Assembly (NCBI RefSeq): GCF_001447785.1 | Contig: NW_015168044.1 | Location: forward strand, 865,847-929,846 | Reading direction: 5' to 3' | Origin: Gekko japonicus | Taxonomy: Eukaryota | DNA length: 64,000 nt | In this document: positions 11,769 through 23,678 of the stretch, one piece after another | How positions within the stretch are numbered: the stretch's first letter is position 1 | Layout of the letters: every line of letters starts with the position of its first letter | Translations under genes and position numbers: made by a program | Notes under the pieces: generated by a model | Told to the model about the DNA's origin: nothing | Seen by the model: the letters and a program-made list of their open reading frames with translations, nothing else | The model's database searches: none

Positions 11769-12095
11769 CAGTGATGTGGTTTTTCTGGGATTCCCCCCCC
11801 CCCTGGAAAATTTAAGTAAATAATGTAAATATTTAAAGAGTGTTAGCAAAATTTAAATAACGTTAGCAAAAGAAGGTAAATGCACCATGTACAACCCAGA
11901 ACCATATACAAACTCTGGGGTTTGTCCATGCTTCATATCCTACCTTAGAACATCTAATAAGATAGATTTGCAGCACAACAGCCTTAACAACTATAGATGA
12001 ACAGCCTATTTACACATCTCGGGTGGAAATTTTTCCATGGAAAAATATAACATTGGAAAATTTTCCTTTGGGACATTTTCTGTCCCATATCACTG
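11769..12095. mobile_element. hAT-like MITE
   Basis: TIRs CAGTGATGTG / CATATCACTG; 8-bp flanks GTTGAGAG / GTTAAGAT (6 of 8 match); GGAAAATT subterminal repeats. Confidence 0.65.
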
Positions 12096-12966
12096 GTTAA
12101 GATCATGAAACCAGGAGGTGATCCACTAGCTTAGATGGCTTTGATAATGGACTAAAACCTAGTAGCCATGCTAATTAAATAGAACTTCCATATTCAGGGG
12201 AAGAATACCCCGGAGTACTAGGTGCAGGAGACGAACACGCTGGGAAGGTGTCTTGCTAGCTGCTGTTGGCAACAGTGTGTAGGCTTAGATGGAGCTTTTT
12301 TGGTTAGTCCAAGCAATGCAGTTCCTCCAGTTTGGAAATTCAGTCTGCCCCGAGAGGAAATTGGACCATTCCAATGTGGAAATTTAATTTTAGCATCAAC
12401 TGAAAGATCCACAGCTTGCAATCAGTCTTAATCACTCACCACTCATTTGCTGGGATCTGGGGGCCCTCTAAGTGCTGAGAGCGCAGTCTTGCTACTCTGT
12501 ATAAGCCCTTTCTATCATGTATATTTATACTAAGGTGCCAGTTAACAAGATGTCTGAAATGGAACAAAACCATTTGCAAGAGGCTAATGGGGGCTCCAGC
12601 TGATACATTTGGCAAAACTCTTTCCATTGCCCCACCCGCGCCAAAATAACCCTCCCAAACCAAATATGCTTGGACCACAGTGTTGATTAAATCCAGACCC
12701 CATTTATACGGGGAGGAGAAAAACTCACTGACAGGTTAAAACAAATATTACAAAGAAGGAACAGTCTTCCTGAAGGCATAGGCGACTCAGCCTGAGGGGC
12801 AGGTTCATTTTGCAACTAGAAATGGGGCCTGGCTTTTCCCTTCTGCTGGCAGAGAGGGTCTGATGGGCCTGCATTGAGGGAAGTGCCACCAATGATGGGA
12901 ATGTCTGGCTGCGATCATACTCATAATTAGACCCATCATAGGCATGAATGCCGGGCGGATTTAAAG

Positions 12967-13122
12967 GGCGCGATCAGACAACAGCATCTGGGAAACGCCC
13001 CGCAGCCATCAGCAACCCGTTCTGCTCTGCCGCAGAAGCAGAGTTAAAAGACACCAGGGAAAATCCGGTAGAAAACAGGTTGCAACGGGCTACGGATGGA
13101 CTTTCCCCTGTCTGATCACTCC
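12967..13122. mobile_element. Short MITE (Harbinger-like termini)
   Basis: GGCGCGATCAGACA ... TGTCTGATCACTCC inverted ends. Confidence 0.45.
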
Positions 13123-13202
13123 AGCACACTCTCATGGTGTCAGGATGGACTGATCAGGCCATCCCGACCGTGCCGTTGTTTCCCCCCCTTCTCAGTATGC
13201 AT

Positions 13203-13698
13203 AGGGGAGTGATGGCACAGTGGGTATATCCCACTGTCTTAACATCTGAACTGTGTTAGTTCAAGCCCCGCGCTGGTGTGAGCAGCCAGCCTGTTGTCCC
13301 CAGCTCATCGTCCACCCAGCGATTCAAAAGCTTCGGCGAGTAGATAAAATGGGAACCACTCCTTAGAGAGGGTGGTCGACGTCCTGGTCAAGGATTGTAA
13401 AGGCGAAACAGCTTCCCGGCTACGAAAAGAACGCCTGCAATGGATGTTCCGCCCAGGCGGTGGCAGTGTGGCGATTGACATACGGGTCCTGAGGTCTGGC
13501 CAGCAAGCAGCCGTGCGGGAAAATGACAGAGCCAGCCAGAAGACGTCTACACCGGGCAGTGACGGCGCGTCCAATTAAAGTGAATATATGTTGTCTTCCC
13601 TATCCCCTACGAACATTGTTAGTCCCTTGTCTATATATGCAGTAACTGTACATCGCTTTGAGCCCACTGGGGAAAGCGATTAATAAATGGAAAGTATT

Positions 13699-13752
<54 letters not shown>
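13203..13752 (+). mobile_element. Long tRNA-derived SINE with Sauria-like core and L2-type tail (possibly Squam2/Anolis-SINE2 related)
   Basis: A box TGGCACAGTGG, B box GTTCAAGCC; core CCCAGCGATTCAAAAGC..GAGTAGATAAAATGGGAACCACT; tail TGTACATCGCTTTGAGCCC..GGAAAGCGATTAATAAAT followed by (CAT)n. Confidence 0.7.
13701..13751 (+). repeat. (CAT)17 microsatellite (SINE tail)
   Basis: Perfect trinucleotide run. Confidence 0.97.
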
Positions 13753-14295
13753 GCAAACTCCATAGGGAGCCCTCAGTGCAGAGATGTGATTAATCAATTC
13801 CTCATTTACACGCATCAGAAACAAAGGGCAAAAAAACAAAAACAACTCACCCGTGGTTGCATATGATCACGCAGTGGCGGGGTGGGCCCCCCGCTTCCAA
13901 GGACTGTGTGATCGTGCAGCTGCAGGTCAAATTCCTCCGGAGGAAATAGCCTCGCTCCCCCCCCTTTTTTCTGACATGTGTGACCACAACCTCTCTCGAA
14001 GAGCCAGCGTGGTATAGTAATTAGAGCATCAAACTAGGACTGGGAAGACTTGAGTTCAAATCCCAACTTCGCCACATCTGCAAAGAGATGATTGAGTGCA
14101 AAACAGAATTTTAAGGCCACCCTCATGTTCCCTTCCCCCAGATGTCAGTAGATGTATTTACAAACATGGTCTATTGACCTATTGCAGTATTTAAGAGACC
14201 AGTTTAGTGTAGTTGTTAAGAGCGTGGACTCTAATCTGGGAGAACCAGGTTTGATTCCCCACACCTCCACATGCAGCTGCAGTGACCTTGGGTCA

Positions 14296-15483
14296 TACAA
14301 TGCAAAGCGATCACACAGCAAAAGCCAAAAAACAGAACAAGCTGTGTAAAGAAAGATGCTCAATACAGCTAAAGCTAGTATTTAAAAAGGGGGTATTTGT
14401 GTACATACAAAAAATATTTTGTTCTATAACCAATATATACATAAATTCCTAAGGAGAAATGCAAATACCTTAAACAGGTACAAGTAAGTCAAGTAAGGCC
14501 CCTGCCACATGACAGGGAAAAAGACAGTCGAACTGCGGCTAATCTGAGCCGCATCAAAGTTGAGACGGCGCGGCGGGATCTCACGGATCCCCCGAGCTGC
14601 GGCGCCGTAGCTCCCCGGCACGATCAGATGCCAGGGAGAAAGCAACGGTGGGAAGGGGAGGCTGGCGAACTGCGCATGCTCACACATGGGCAGTTCGGCC
14701 AGGAGCCAGGGATGCGCCGGCGCAAGGACGTGCCGGCGATTCCACGGCCGCACTTGCAGCGGCCCATTCGAAAGAACCACCCAGGTAGGTGGTTCTTTTT
14801 TGGTGCGCTTCATGGGCGGGATGGGACGGATCGGAGATGGTAGCACGACGTTCCCCAGATGTTGCTGTGGGATCGCGCCCGTTTGCTCCGGCCCCGATCC
14901 GTCCTTTTCCCGGCCCAAACGGCTCGTATGAACAGGGCCTAAGTCAAGCAAGTAAGTCTACAATGCAATCAACATAAATTCCTAAGGAGTAATGCAGTTA
15001 CTTCGAACAGGTGCAGGTAAGTTAAGTCAGATAGATAGATGCTGGCAGATAGATGTTTTAGAGTCATTTCCCCCCGAAATTTGTAGAAATTGTTCATTTT
15101 GCTTAAGGGAGATTTCTGTAGTGAAGTTTGTATCTCAGACTTTTTGGAAATTTGTAATAGTCATTACTGAAGAAGACCTTTGAAACAAAGTTATTAACAT
15201 CTGGAACCTTCATTACCTACCTGCTTGACTTACTTGACTTACCTGCACCTGTTCGAAGTAACTGCATTACTCCTCAGGAATTTATGTTGATTGCCTTGTA
15301 GATAAACTTGTTTGACTTACCTGATGTACTTGTACCTGTTTAAAGTATTCACATTTCTCCCTAGAAATGTATGTATATATTGATTGTAGAACAAAATATT
15401 TTTGTATGTACACAGATTCCCATTATTAAAATATTAGCTTTAGCTGTATTGGGCTTCTTTCTTTACAGAGCTTGTTCTGTTTT
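14296..15483. mobile_element. Foldback-type element with ~255-bp inverted arms
   Basis: Left arm 14328-14496 plus 14943-15030 is the diverged reverse complement of ~15225-15483; arms contain internal direct subrepeats; flanked by GTGACCTTGGGTCA on both sides. Confidence 0.75.
14497..14939. mobile_element. PIF/Harbinger-like MITE nested in the foldback arm
   Basis: GGCCC...GGGCC termini, TAA TSD (14494-14496, 14940-14942), CpG-rich interior. Confidence 0.7.
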
Positions 15484-18400
15484 GTGACCTTGGGTCAGTC
15501 ACAAGTTCTTTCAGAGCTGTTCTCTCAGTTCTCGAAAGAGCTCTCTCAGTCCCATCTACCTCACAGGGTGTCTGTTGTGGGGAGGGGGAGGGGGAGGGAA
15601 AGGATATTGTAAACTGCTCTGAGACTCTGAGTAAAGGGCGGGGTATAAATCCAATCTCTTTTTCCTCTTCTTAAGGATGATTAATTCATTAATAACAACA
15701 AATGCCATTTCACTAGACTCACTAGGCAAACATGCGTCCTTTTTGACTCTATCCTGAAGGTCTATGGTGAAAAGTCGGGCAGTCGCTACCTTGGCTGCAC
15801 TAACACATTGTTGGATATCACACTACTGTTCCACAATAGCAATAATTTGCAATTGTATTTTCCTGTGTGGACAAGACAACCCAGTTGAAAATAGCACATC
15901 AGTAGTGAAATATCCAGTGATGCAGCTCAAGTTTGCCCACCAACTTTAGGCAATGTGAGCCAATACACTAGATGCCCTCAGCGGCATTGCACCCTAGGCC
16001 GGTTTGCCCCCAGCCCTCCCTCCCCTCCCCTCCCCACACCCCTGCACTCAGCCACAGAGCTTACCAGCCATCACTGGGCTAGTCATTTCCCCTCTCAGCC
16101 TAACCTCCCTCCCTAGAGCTATAGTGAGGGAGTGGAATGGGGGAAACACAGTATGGAAGTGTGGCATTAAAATAAATCAAAGTAAGACATATTTGAAACC
16201 TACACTTTTTATTTTGAGTTCAGTCTTCAGCAGTGAAAAGGGGGTGGTGGTGGTAGAGGCAGAGGATCGCTCTATTGGCTGCTCATGTCACAATGGTGGC
16301 CCTTAATACTACATATAATAAGAGGGGGGGGAGCCTTTTGCTTGTTGCAGTTGGTTCTGGGGGACAGTGTGAAAGGTCCCCGTCTGAGAGTATAGATGAG
16401 CTTCCTGTCTCAGCTTTCTACGTGTACCTTCCTACCTATGCCAGCGATGCCATTCAGGAGCTTTTCAGGCTGGTGGAAAGACGCACTCACTCACAGACAG
16501 CTGGAACATTACTGTAGAAAATTATTTTCAGGCACGGTCCTCTGGGAAGCCTTCAGACGCAAGCCTCACTGAAATGAGTGGGAGGTGTGTGATGAGGCTA
16601 CCTCAAGAGACATTTCTGGGGGATTGGAGCCAATGTATCTTCAGAATGATGAATTGGCCTTGTTAATGCAATTCAGTTCATGAGCCCCGTATAAAGATAC
16701 CTTGGAGAACATGCCATTTATCTGCATTAGGTAAAGGACTAAGATAGAAGAGGATTAAATCATGTAAATAGGTACTGGTGGTGTTTCGGGCATAAAGCAT
16801 ATTCACAATAAGGAATCATTAATTTTCTGCTGTCTGAGGTCCACTGATCCTAGTGGCCCTGGACCTTCTGAGGTTGCTGGAGGGCCAGGGATGCCTTGGA
16901 TGATGTGCCAGGAAAGACACCTGCCCTGATTCACTAGTGTGGGGTGTAGGGCTGCCAAGTGGGGGCGGGTAATAGACATGTCAATAGACATGCTTTTCAA
17001 TAGAGAATGTTGTGTGCCACAGTGATGCAGATCTTCATTGTACTGAGAAATATGTGTGCTGATGAACACGATGCACATATGATTAATAAAACAATAGGGT
17101 TGTGAAACACAACAATGATTGTCATCTGCAATGCAAAAACTGCATATCTTCTTTTGCAGATTCATGTCCAAAATATGCAGTAGTAGTACATGGGAATACA
17201 CACCTAACCTGAATCATGAGAGTGCTGTAATTCCCTTGAAATGGTATATCACAAAGGCTTTGATATGATCATAGCAAACTATGGCATTAATATATAATTG
17301 AACATGTGTGTACTTCAGAGGTCTGTCATATATGTCACCCTGTAAACGGATTACTTAATAGGCTCTTTGATAGGCATGTAGAGAAGCACTTGAGGCCAAT
17401 TACAGTGTTGCAGTAGACACCCCCCCACCACCAGAAGTGACATTGTGCACTGGTATGATGCTGGCACATTGCAGTAGACACCCCCCCACACCCACACAAC
17501 TCATTGGAAGCAAATTGGAAGCAAATTGGAGGTTGGAGTACGTATTTGTCTTTGGAGTGGTACATTTGTCAGCACAATTCCCAAGACGAGGGAAGGCACA
17601 ACTGTTAGTTGAGTTTTTTCCTTAAGTGTTTGGAGAAGAGGAGGGGCAGAGAGAAGCAGGTCTACTCATATGTATATCACACGTTATTCAATAGGGCTTA
17701 CTGTCAGGAAAGTGCTTTTAGAACTGAAGCCAGAGTCAGATTGGGACTGCAGCCAGCAACCTCTGGAAGGAGCTGGGAGTGACAATGACAGGCACTCCAG
17801 CACAGAGTTTGGGATGAATCCTAGAATGTCGTTCTGCTATAATGACATAACGTCTGTTTTTTCGCCAGAATTGACATTGTGCACTGGTATGATGCTGGCA
17901 CACCCCCCCCCCATCCCACTCCCTGCCAACCTTGGAAGCACTGGTGGAGAACCAGGTAAGCAGTGGATGGTGTCCCACTATAGCAGGGGACCTGGCCCCC
18001 TAGTGTAGAGAAGGGGCTTCAGCCTCCCCCACGGCATCGTTTTCCCAATCTGAAACAGTCCTGGAAGGGGTGTGATTGGGCTTATTGGGGAAACCCACAT
18101 ACATCTCAGGGTATACGTATGTTGCCCAATGGACCAAAGCATTCCCCCCAGACTATCTCAGGTGGGGAAAATGTGAAGGGGGTGTGAGGCTGTTGCCCCT
18201 TCTCCACACCCTACAGTCCCGATCCAAACTGGGCACTGCACTCTCAGGAACTGAGGAGAACTTGTAGCTCATGTCTGAGTACTATACGGTCCAGGTTGGG
18301 GCCCCAGCTCTGTAACGGGAGAATCAGTCTTTGCGATTCAGCAGTATTTGAGTCTTTGAGACAGCTTTTTAGTGTGCTGAGATGTATGAGAGATCTGACA

Positions 18401-19721
18401 CTTTTTGCACACAAAGGAAGAAATAGCACAAGGTAGAGAGGCTCACACTTGGCAAGGTGAAGTATGCATGCCTAGCTGGGGTGTATGGGTAGCCCGCTGG
18501 CACACAAGGGCAATTAACTCTATTTATCTTCATGAGATAGAGCCTAAAATCCAGCTTCAGAGGATAGATTACTCCCATTAAATCCCTTATCATCATTATG
18601 CTAGAGTATTTCTTTTGAAAACATATTTTTTTTTCGTTTCTCAAACAGCCGGAATATTTATAAAATATGACATCAATTACAACGCAGTCCTTTTCTTCGC
18701 GCTGATTGTACAGCCTGTAATTACACTTAAGCCTCTTATTTGTGTATCGTGGCAGCGGGAAGGCAAGCTCTGCGCTTTGTCTGTGGGTTATTCTTCTTTG
18801 AAAAGAGTATGCGGCAGGAGTTTCTTTCCCTGCAGAGCCCAATCTATATAGGCAGACGGTCCAAATTCCTCCATCAGCCCAGGGTGCTCTGCACTGCCTC
18901 CATTTAAACCTGTCGACTGGGGGGAGGGATGGGGCAAGTAACAGGCAGCAACGTTGGACTTGGCCCGTACATGCGGTGTTCGCAGCCAGCTTTTCACAAT
19001 CATTTGCAGACAGGGGGAAAATGTTTTCCTGTCTGTATGACAGCCAAAGGTGGAAGAATCAAAGCATTGTAGTCCATTAAGTAAGGCTGGATATGGGGAT
19101 TTGTGTTCCTGTACAGTTTGGCTTGTGCATTTATTACAGCTTTGCAAGGAGTTTGCTTTTTTAAATTTTTTTAATTTTTAATTTTTTTGAGTTATATGCC
19201 TTCATGGGTATCTGTAGTTGTGGATTATAAGACTGTTATGTAAAGAGGCTTTGAAAAAAATATCAAAAAGAAAATATCAAAAAGAAGTGAAAGACCTCTG
19301 CCTGCTGGATGAAACCAAGGGTCCATCCAGTCCTGTGTCCTATTCCCAACATCAGCCAGATAGATGTCTCAGGGATGCTGACAAACCGAACATGAAGACA
19401 AGGACTCTTTCTTGAATTTGTCCCCACCCTCTGCTTTTAGAGGTACACTGTCTTTGAACATGGAGGTTCTGCTTGGCTATTATGGCTAACAGGTATTGAT
19501 AGATGTGCACTGTTCTCATTCAGATGTTCTGTATTACTACTTACATGATTAGATGGATAATCTACATCCCAGTCAGCCTTCTCACAACCAAGCTTGCTCT
19601 GAGTTCTTTCCTGTTCTACTACATCCTTTAACAAATACCCTCTTACACCCTAAAATATGACAAGAACCTTGCAGGATTAGACTAAAGGTCCTTCTAGTCC
19701 AACATCTTGTTTCTGAGACTG

Positions 19722-19977
19722 GTGGGAAGATTTGGGGTGGGAGGCTTAGCATCCCAGTGGAGCCTCCAGCGTGACACATTACTTCTGGGTTAAACCAGAA
19801 GAGACACTGGATGCTTTAGCATTCTGCACGGAATGCCAGAGCATCCCTGGCAATGGGCTGACATAACTTCTGGGCACATGAGGAGTGTTGTCGGTACGTC
19901 ACCAGTGACATCATTACTTCGTCAGCAAGGCCCCTCCCCTGTAAGTCACCCTCTGGTTGACTTGTCTAGCAACCCTA
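19722..19977. mobile_element. Degenerate palindromic MITE (TAGGGTTGCCA family)
   Basis: GTGACA..ACTTCTGG..CCAGAAG hairpin modules; right end AGCAACCCTA. Confidence 0.5.
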
Positions 19978-20493
19978 TCTGTGAGTCTCTGCCTCTCAGC
20001 CTGATTCCAATTGGGAACTGTGCTGTGCAGTGAGGTGGGGCTCAAGCCTTCCCTCAGCTCTATTTTTCCCGACTAAAACAGCCCCAGAGGCCACCCATTT
20101 ACCCTATTTGTGTACTGAAGAGATCCACCTAAGTTTCCTCACGGTGACAAATGTCAAGAGAACAGTTTAGGAGGAAGGCTTAAGCATTCTCTTCCTGTGC
20201 AAAGTGGTCCTGATCTGAATTTGGCCCATGGGTGGGGGTACCTAGGAGACAGAGACCCCCAGAGTATGTCTGCTGGCCTGACCTGGGGCTGTACTTATGA
20301 AAAACAGAAGTGTCTCAACTTTAATAGATGTTTATCAGGCACATAAAGATGGGGCAAAGTAATATCCCTTTTGCTGCTCCCAACTTGTCCCTCATGAGGC
20401 CAGTTAATTGGGTAAGTGGGTTCTTTCACTTCAGAGGTGAGACCTCTTCTTTCCTGCCAGCTTGCTATACTTATTTCCTTCCTGTCCTGGGGA

Positions 20494-20684
20494 AGGGCTG
20501 TAGCTCAGGTGGTAAAGAATCTGCTTGGTATTCAGAAGGGCCCAGGTTCAATCCTTGGCATCTCCAGTTAAAAGTGAAAGACCTCTACCTGAGACACTGG
20601 AGAGCTGCCAGACTGAGTAGACAATACTGACCTTGATGGACAAATGATCTGACTCAGTATAAGGCAGCTCCATGTGTCCATGTT
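20494..20684 (+). mobile_element. tRNA-derived SINE with CR1-like 3' end
   Basis: GGGCTGTAGCTCAGGTGGTAAAG..GGTTCAATCC head; GTAGACAATACTGACCTTGATGGAC..CAGTATAAGGCAGCT tail; siblings at 34458 and 60487. Confidence 0.8.
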
Positions 20685-22478
20685 TTTCTACTGTGTCCTT
20701 CTGCTCTTTCCATTGACTGCTTTTCAGCCAATGTGCAGGAATGAACCTACCCCTGAGGCCTTCTGGCCACCTGTGGGGCTCCCCACCTTTCCCCCCCCAC
20801 TTCTGGACCAGCCTGTGGTCCATAAGTGCCCATGGATGAGCTGAGGCGGCCCATTGTTAGAGCAAGAGCAGCTTATTTGTGGTCCCCATCTAAGGAGTCT
20901 CCAGGGCTGACCCTGTTTAGCTTCAGCAACAGAACTGCATCGCCATCTTACCATCAGATCATCAGACAAATTGTAACAGAAGTTCCCTGTTTCACTCCCT
21001 GGTGTTTCCACTTGAATAACCTCAGGTAGCAGGTGTGGGGAAAGACCCCTCTGCCTTAGACCCTGGGAAGGTTTTGCCAGCCAGAGCAGACAACATTGCA
21101 GTTACACAGAAAATGGGTGTCACATATTTATGTATTTTATTGGATTTGTATCCCACTCTCCCCGCATAGCAGGCTCAGGGCGGGTTCCATCAATTTCCAG
21201 ATACAAAAACTTAAAAACAATTGAAATACATCAATAAAATTGCAACTAAATTTTATGTTATATGGGAGCTTATTCCACCAGATAGGGGTCAGGGCTGAAA
21301 AAGGGGTCTGAGCTGAGGCAAGACTGACGTCCCCGGGGTCGGGGACAACCAGAAGATGCTGACTGGCAGAACGTAAAGATGATTCCCCAGATTGATTTTG
21401 TGTTTACAGCATTATGACTGCAAATAAAAGAAGTGTACATGATCCTGAGAGACCTTACAACTAAACAACACATGGTACATTTAATTGATTCTCCTTCAGC
21501 ATCTTCTAATATTGCTCTTCTGTTCCTCACCAGGGATTCAAGTTGTGGAATTTTTAAAAAGTATAAATAAGAGAGTGGAAACATTCATTTGGTTGGCTTC
21601 AGCGAAGCTGCTGATCTCCTGGAACTCCCAGTCCTCTGAAGTCATAAATCAGTAGTGATTAAAATTCTGTTACAATTCAACATCCAAAACGCGGAACGTT
21701 CATTCCCTCCGATGGCTTTGTAAAACAGATGAGATTTGGCATGAGGAGCATTTGGCTCTTGAAAACTCCTGTCACAATTACTCTGAACAGTCATGTTGTC
21801 TTTTGTACACAAGTCCCTATTGGCCAAGTTGCTTTTTAAAAAAAACTCTAGACAAAGGCAGAACCTATTTCTGAGCTCTGGTCCCTTATCATGTGAGCTT
21901 CTATTTGGTATGGCAGCGATTGTGTTGGGAGATGTATTATGGAGATGGGAGTTTAGAGCAGCCGCTAATTGCATATGACTCAGGGCTAAAAATAGCATTC
22001 CTGTGTTGAGTTCTCCCTTTCTTTCTTGCAATGTGGAGGCTCACTTACCCCACGCTGTCATGTCATCATATTGAACACCTGCACCCCACTGCCCATGGCA
22101 TGGAGAAAAGAAACTCCCACTGATGATGTCGTGACATGGGGCAAGGGATCTTACTTGTCACAGACAAGAAGCAAGAACGCAACGAGGGGATGAGATGTTC
22201 AGGGGCAGCCCTTAGAGCTGAAAACAGTTCTGGCCTTAGAGCTGAAAACAGAGGCGAGGCCAGTCAAACTAATAGCACTACCAATAAGATTTACTGGTCC
22301 TAGAGCAAACATTTTTAAAATTTAATTTTCCCAATTTGTTATCCAGCCCTCCCGCTAAGAAGTTCAGAAGCATATATATGGGGATAATCCTACTGTATGC
22401 CTAAAACAACCAAGAGTGGTAGGCTAGGTTAAATGATAGTGACTTGTCAAGGTCCTTCACTGGCTTTCCTGAATAAAT

Positions 22479-22660
22479 TATGGTTTCCAACTGGCCTGGA
22501 GGAAAATGTCCTGTCCCTTTAATAAATGTCTACAAGGATGTGATGTACCAGATGATGTTACTTACCTTCATGCCATGAAAAGCTGCAGCTATCAATTTCT
22601 ATGTATTAAGCCTCTGTTAAAGGACCGGGACATTTTCCTCCAGACTAGCGTGGAACCCTA
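22479..22660. mobile_element. Palindromic MITE
   Basis: CTGGAGGAAAATGTCCTGTCCCTTTAA ... TTAAAGGACCGGGACATTTTCCTCCAG arms; related copy at ~24035-24203. Confidence 0.65.
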
Positions 22661-23320
22661 GGATGAACGGGGATTCAGGTCTCCCCCGTACTCCCACGAT
22701 CTGTGCTGCTCTAAATAGAGTTGGTATAGTGTCCTAGGACTATGAGCTCTACCACAGGTCCCCTTCGCATTCCTCATTGTATGGCCACCTCTGGCTTCAG
22801 AACACATTTCAGAATACACTCCTGGAGTACACAGGGGGGGTTCAGTGAAAGTGCCTCTGCCCAGAGCAGCCATGGGGCTGCATGCCAAAGTCAGCAGCTG
22901 AGTTACAGTCAAGTGGAAGAAATATCTTTCTTTATTATTTTCATTTTCTGAATTATGGCCTCTCCCAAACACCTGGGAATACCCGTTCCGGTATTTTGGA
23001 CTCGTTTCGGAGAAGCGACAGCCTGCTAAGAGTCTAATTACTGTAAATACTGCTGATAGAGTAGTTTAGTCCACTTGTACCCTGGAGGGAGCTGTGGAGC
23101 ATTCTTTAGTGTTTAGAGTTTATTTAATGTTTTTCTCTTGCAGTTCAGCCTACCTCTTGTTGTTTCTCTCTTGCTATGTAGTAGTATGTGTTAGTGCTTG
23201 TGCTCTGTAGGCCTCCCTGTTGCATTAATGGCCTGTAGTCAGTCATTGTTTGTCTTCAAAATTCTGTTGTAGTAAATTCTTTAAAAGCAAACTCCCAGGT
23301 ATGGATTGGATTATTTCCAG

Positions 23321-23678
23321 AACTCTGCCAATACTCATTCCAGTTAGGCTACCAGGTCCCCTCGTTGCTCCAGTGGCGGGATTCGGGGGCATTCTGGGGT
23401 GTCCCCGGCATGATGATGTCACCTGGAAGTGACATCATCATGCTTGGGACACTGCGCAGGGATGCTCTGGTTTAAGGGCAAAACTCTATGGTAAAACTGG
23501 CTTAAAACCATAGAGTTTTGCCCTTAAACCAGAGCATCCCTGCGCAGTGTCCCAAGCATGATGATGTCACTTCCAGGTGACATCATCATGCCGGGGACAC
23601 CCCAGAATGCCCCCGAATCCCGCCACTGGAGCAACGAGGGGACCTGGTAGCCTAACTGGAATGAGTATTGGCAGAGTT
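23321..23678. repeat. Perfect inverted repeat (172-bp arms, 14-nt loop) built on a TA-type MITE (23345-23654)
   Basis: 23321-23492 is the exact reverse complement of 23507-23678, checked base by base; loop AAAACTGGCTTAAA. Confidence 0.97.

Larger units (their letters stand above)
14197..15670 (+). mobile_element. Squam3-like tRNA SINE, split into 14197-14295 and 15484-15670 by an insertion
   Basis: Joined halves match the intact copies at 36317, 42938 and 55613. Confidence 0.85.

Noticed and set aside
13600-13845. Poly-Asp ORF
   Set aside because: Produced by the (CAT)n microsatellite tail of a SINE
14424-14977. Cluster of overlapping ORFs and CpG-island-like DNA
   Set aside because: Confined to a GC-rich MITE with TAA TSD; no recognisable protein
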